Source: the human T2T-CHM13v2.0 reference genome, Homo sapiens
Length of the DNA stretch: 64,000 bases
NCBI RefSeq assembly: GCF_009914755.1
Contig: NC_060925.1
Reading direction: 5' to 3' (one strand)
The position numbers were made by a program, and so were the translations under genes. Of the stretch, positions 60,670 to 64,000 are shown piece by piece. How positions within the stretch are numbered: position 1 is the first letter of the stretch; the number at the start of each line of letters is the position of its first letter. The notes below the pieces were generated by a model. That model had not been told where the DNA came from and searched no databases. It was given only the letters and a program-made list of their open reading frames with translations.

Positions 60670-60900
60670 GTGGAAGAGGAATTAGCCTTGTTACCGGGAG
60701 TTCTAGGGGTGGAAGTGGGACCACTGATCCTTGTTACAGGGACACAGATTTCAAGTCAACATAAGTTGACTTGAAATCTAGAGTGCCTGCTAGCTATGGA
60801 GAGAGCTGTCTGGGGAGGCGAGCTCCCTGACACTGGGCAAATTCAAGCTCAGCCTCAGTGATCATCAGTTGGGATGTAGGAGGAGATTAAAGTCCTATGG
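60670..60900 (+). mobile_element. L3/CR1 relic
   Basis: acagatttcaagtcaacataa...gcgagctccctgacactgggcaaattcaagc resembles the L3 3' region. Confidence 0.55.
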
Positions 60901-61032
60901 GAGAGACTACACTAATTCCCTGACACTTGGCCATGGAGGATTGTTTCACTGACTGCATCCGATCGCCTCAGAAGCCTACCAAAAATGTAGATTCTGGGGC
61001 CCCATCCCTTTAGTGATTCTAATTCAGCAGGT

Positions 61033-61239
61033 CTAGGATGCGGCCCAGATTTTTAAAAATTATTTCTATCAATCCATCCAACTGTCTATTTGTATAAATG
61101 CATAGAAAACTATGTGATATCTGTAATAGTGTCCACCAATTGTTGGCAAGAATCATTTCTGGCTGGGGGATTTTGGGTAGTGGTTAACATCTCTCCTTTG
61201 ACCTCTCCCATTTTTTGAGTATTTACAGATTGGATGTGT
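61033..61239 (+). repeat. 207-bp direct repeat, copy 1 (probable donor)
   Basis: 206/207 identical to 63440-63646. Confidence 0.97.
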
Positions 61240-62788
61240 ATCATTTTTACAATGGTAGAGAAACCTTGGAAAGAAATACAAGTAAGAGCTATCCTCAGGT
61301 TAGTCTGCTGCCGTCATGATGAAGCTCAGCCCCTGGGCCATCAGCTGCCTCCTCCTCCCAAGTTCCCACTCAGTGTCCACACATGCTGCAAACCCACATG
61401 ACTTCTTGGCCCTCACCATCCTGGATAAGTGTGCTCCCCAGGATACCTTTTATCCTTGTTCTTCCTACTCCGCCAGGGCAAGAGAAAGCATTTACTCATT
61501 CATGGATCCTTCCATTCCGTAAACATTTGCTGATCCTTAGCACACACCAGGCCCTGTGCGGGGCCAAGGGATATAAAGATAAGGAAAGCATACTCGCTCC
61601 TTTCTAGTGTGAAGCAGCATGGTCAGTGCTAGACTAGGGTTAGGAAAGACAGAACTAGGATCTCCCCCTGCTTCTTCCTGCCCACAGCAGATGAAACAGG
61701 AATCCCCTGGAGGAGACATGCCCTGAGAAGGTTGATTGTGTCCTAAACAAGAGTGGTGAGGGGAATGGAATGGGCTTTACCTGGCTGGTCTCTTGGAATC
61801 GGGGGACCCAAATGGCCCACCAGGTAGCATCTAATGTCTTCAGTCCAACTGGACTCCAGAGATAGGTGGAAAACGGAGGCAAGGCCTTTATGCCAACGGT
61901 GGGAATGGGGGTTGGGAGATCAGTGTTTGTGGGCATGGAGCAGAGCTTGCACTGGGGACTCGCCCTTCACAAGCAGCCTCTGGGAAAGGATCTAGTTAAT
62001 TGCTCAGATGGACCCACCTCCAGCCTCACTTGACTGTTTGTCATCAGCCAAGTCCACTGGATTTATAGCTTCTTACGACCTGATAACCACTTCTTGCTAT
62101 CTTTGGTGGCTTGCTATTTCTAGTCACCAAGCTTCTGCCCCCCCCCCCCAACCCCCTCTGTAACCACGAGATACAGAAATAAAAATAATCACTGCTGAGT
62201 TTAGGCTGCTTCTAGAGAAGGGGCCCAGGATTGAAACTGGAGGTGGCAACTTTCAGATGGTGGCCCTCAGAGGGGCTATGAGGAAATTCCCTAAGAGTTG
62301 TCCCCAGTAAGTCTGGGAGCCCAACAGAAGTGTTGCTCCAAAGCTTTGATTCTGATGTGACTATGGGAATGGGAACTGGGCAAAGCAAAGTGAGCAGCCC
62401 CGGCACGAACTCAGAGGTCAGCAGCAGGCAGGCATTCAGGGATTTCGGAGAGCACCTCAGAGAGGGCATCAGAAACCAATGAGAATGATAGAGGCTTTCT
62501 TTCTCTTGGGCCCTCCCTAGTTCTGGTTGGGTCTTGTAGGATGGGGAAGGTTGGGGCAAAAATGAGGTTCCAGGTTCCTTTTACATTATATATCACAACT
62601 ATGGGAGATAAATGCCCTTCAGAGAGGGACTTCCAGAAAAGAGCACCCTGCCTGGCAGCCAGTGCTTTATGCCCTTTCTTGGTCATGCTGGGAGCTCCAT
62701 GACTGGGCACTGCAGCCCTGCAATGCCCTGGGAACTGCCCCATCCACACCTCCTCCTCCCTCCATGGGAGCACCTTCGATCATCCTCA

Positions 62789-63253
<465 letters not shown>

Positions 63254-63439
63254 CTAAAAAGCAACAGAAAGAAAGAGTGGCACAAGGGTTGGGCTGGACT
63301 GGCTGGGCTCTGAGCTCCAGGTGGGGAGACATGCTGGGCTCCATGCTGGACTTAGCAATGGGTAGGGCCCCTTTGGCAAAAGGCAGACATGGCAGAACTG
63401 GTCTTCTCTTGGCCCCTCTCCCCTGGTCAGCACGCCCAC

Positions 63440-63646
63440 CTAGGATGCGGCCCAGATTTTTAAAAATTATTTCTATCAATCCATCCAACTGTCTATTTGT
63501 ATAAATGCATAGAAAACTATGTGATATCTGTAATAGTGTCCACCAATTGTTGGCAAGGATCATTTCTGGCTGGGGGATTTTGGGTAGTGGTTAACATCTC
63601 TCCTTTGACCTCTCCCATTTTTTGAGTATTTACAGATTGGATGTGT
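63440..63646 (+). repeat. 207-bp direct repeat, copy 2 (probable templated insertion)
   Basis: 206/207 identical to 61033-61239. Confidence 0.97.
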
Positions 63647-64000
63647 CTGGATGTGAAACACTGCGTCTTCGTGCTTTGGGTCCCTTGGGTGGGGCAAAGC
63701 CACAACTCAAGCCTAAGTGTAGAGTCACAGTCCCTGACCCCTCTCAGCTGGGTTTACAGCAGTAGGAAAGGACATTGCTTAATGACACAGCAGTGCTAAT
63801 TCCCCAGGCGGTAACCGGGTGGAGACAGCCCAGGACCATTTGTCTCCTTCAAACATTTTTGATGGAAAAATGATAGGTGTGCCATGGGATTCTGACAACC
63901 CCAAGATGCCACACTATGCTAAAGAGGTGCCAGGAGCACCATCTTTCAGAGACCAAAGCTTCTGAAGAAACTGGGGGAGGGAGGTGACAGCATCCATTGT

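Noticed and set aside
61815-61831. Second CTCF-like motif GCCCACCAGGTAGCATC
   Set aside because: Mismatch at a highly constrained G; too weak without ChIP data

Overview
Primate (very likely human) genomic DNA from inside the large neural gene CSMD2 (CUB and Sushi multiple domains 2), transcribed on the minus strand. Twelve coding exons (2,206 nt, about 735 codons) can be delimited by GT-AG splice sites with consistent phases. They splice into one uninterrupted CUB-Sushi-CUB-Sushi-CUB-Sushi-CUB-Sushi-CUB(partial) frame, probably CUB4 to the start of CUB8 (numbering recalled from the CSMD family, not verified). One exon (44076-44264) is missing from the supplied ORF track. The rest is intronic and rich in Alu, L1, L2, MIR, L3, MaLR LTR and DNA-transposon relics plus simple repeats; most supplied ORFs are spurious. 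I see no novel multi-gene system. The best leads are local: (1) a near-perfect 207-bp templated duplication bracketing a symmetric whole-CUB exon; (2) a TDP-43-type cryptic-exon layout next to a sense (UG)n tract; (3) a strong CTCF motif in a 202-bp intron beside a splice donor; (4) a pyrimidine-rich region with alternative acceptors, one in frame, upstream of a Sushi exon; (5) a perfect 15-bp inverted repeat apparently made by template switching; (6) a twin-priming-like inversion in an old L1. Repeat subfamily names and boundaries are by eye and approximate.
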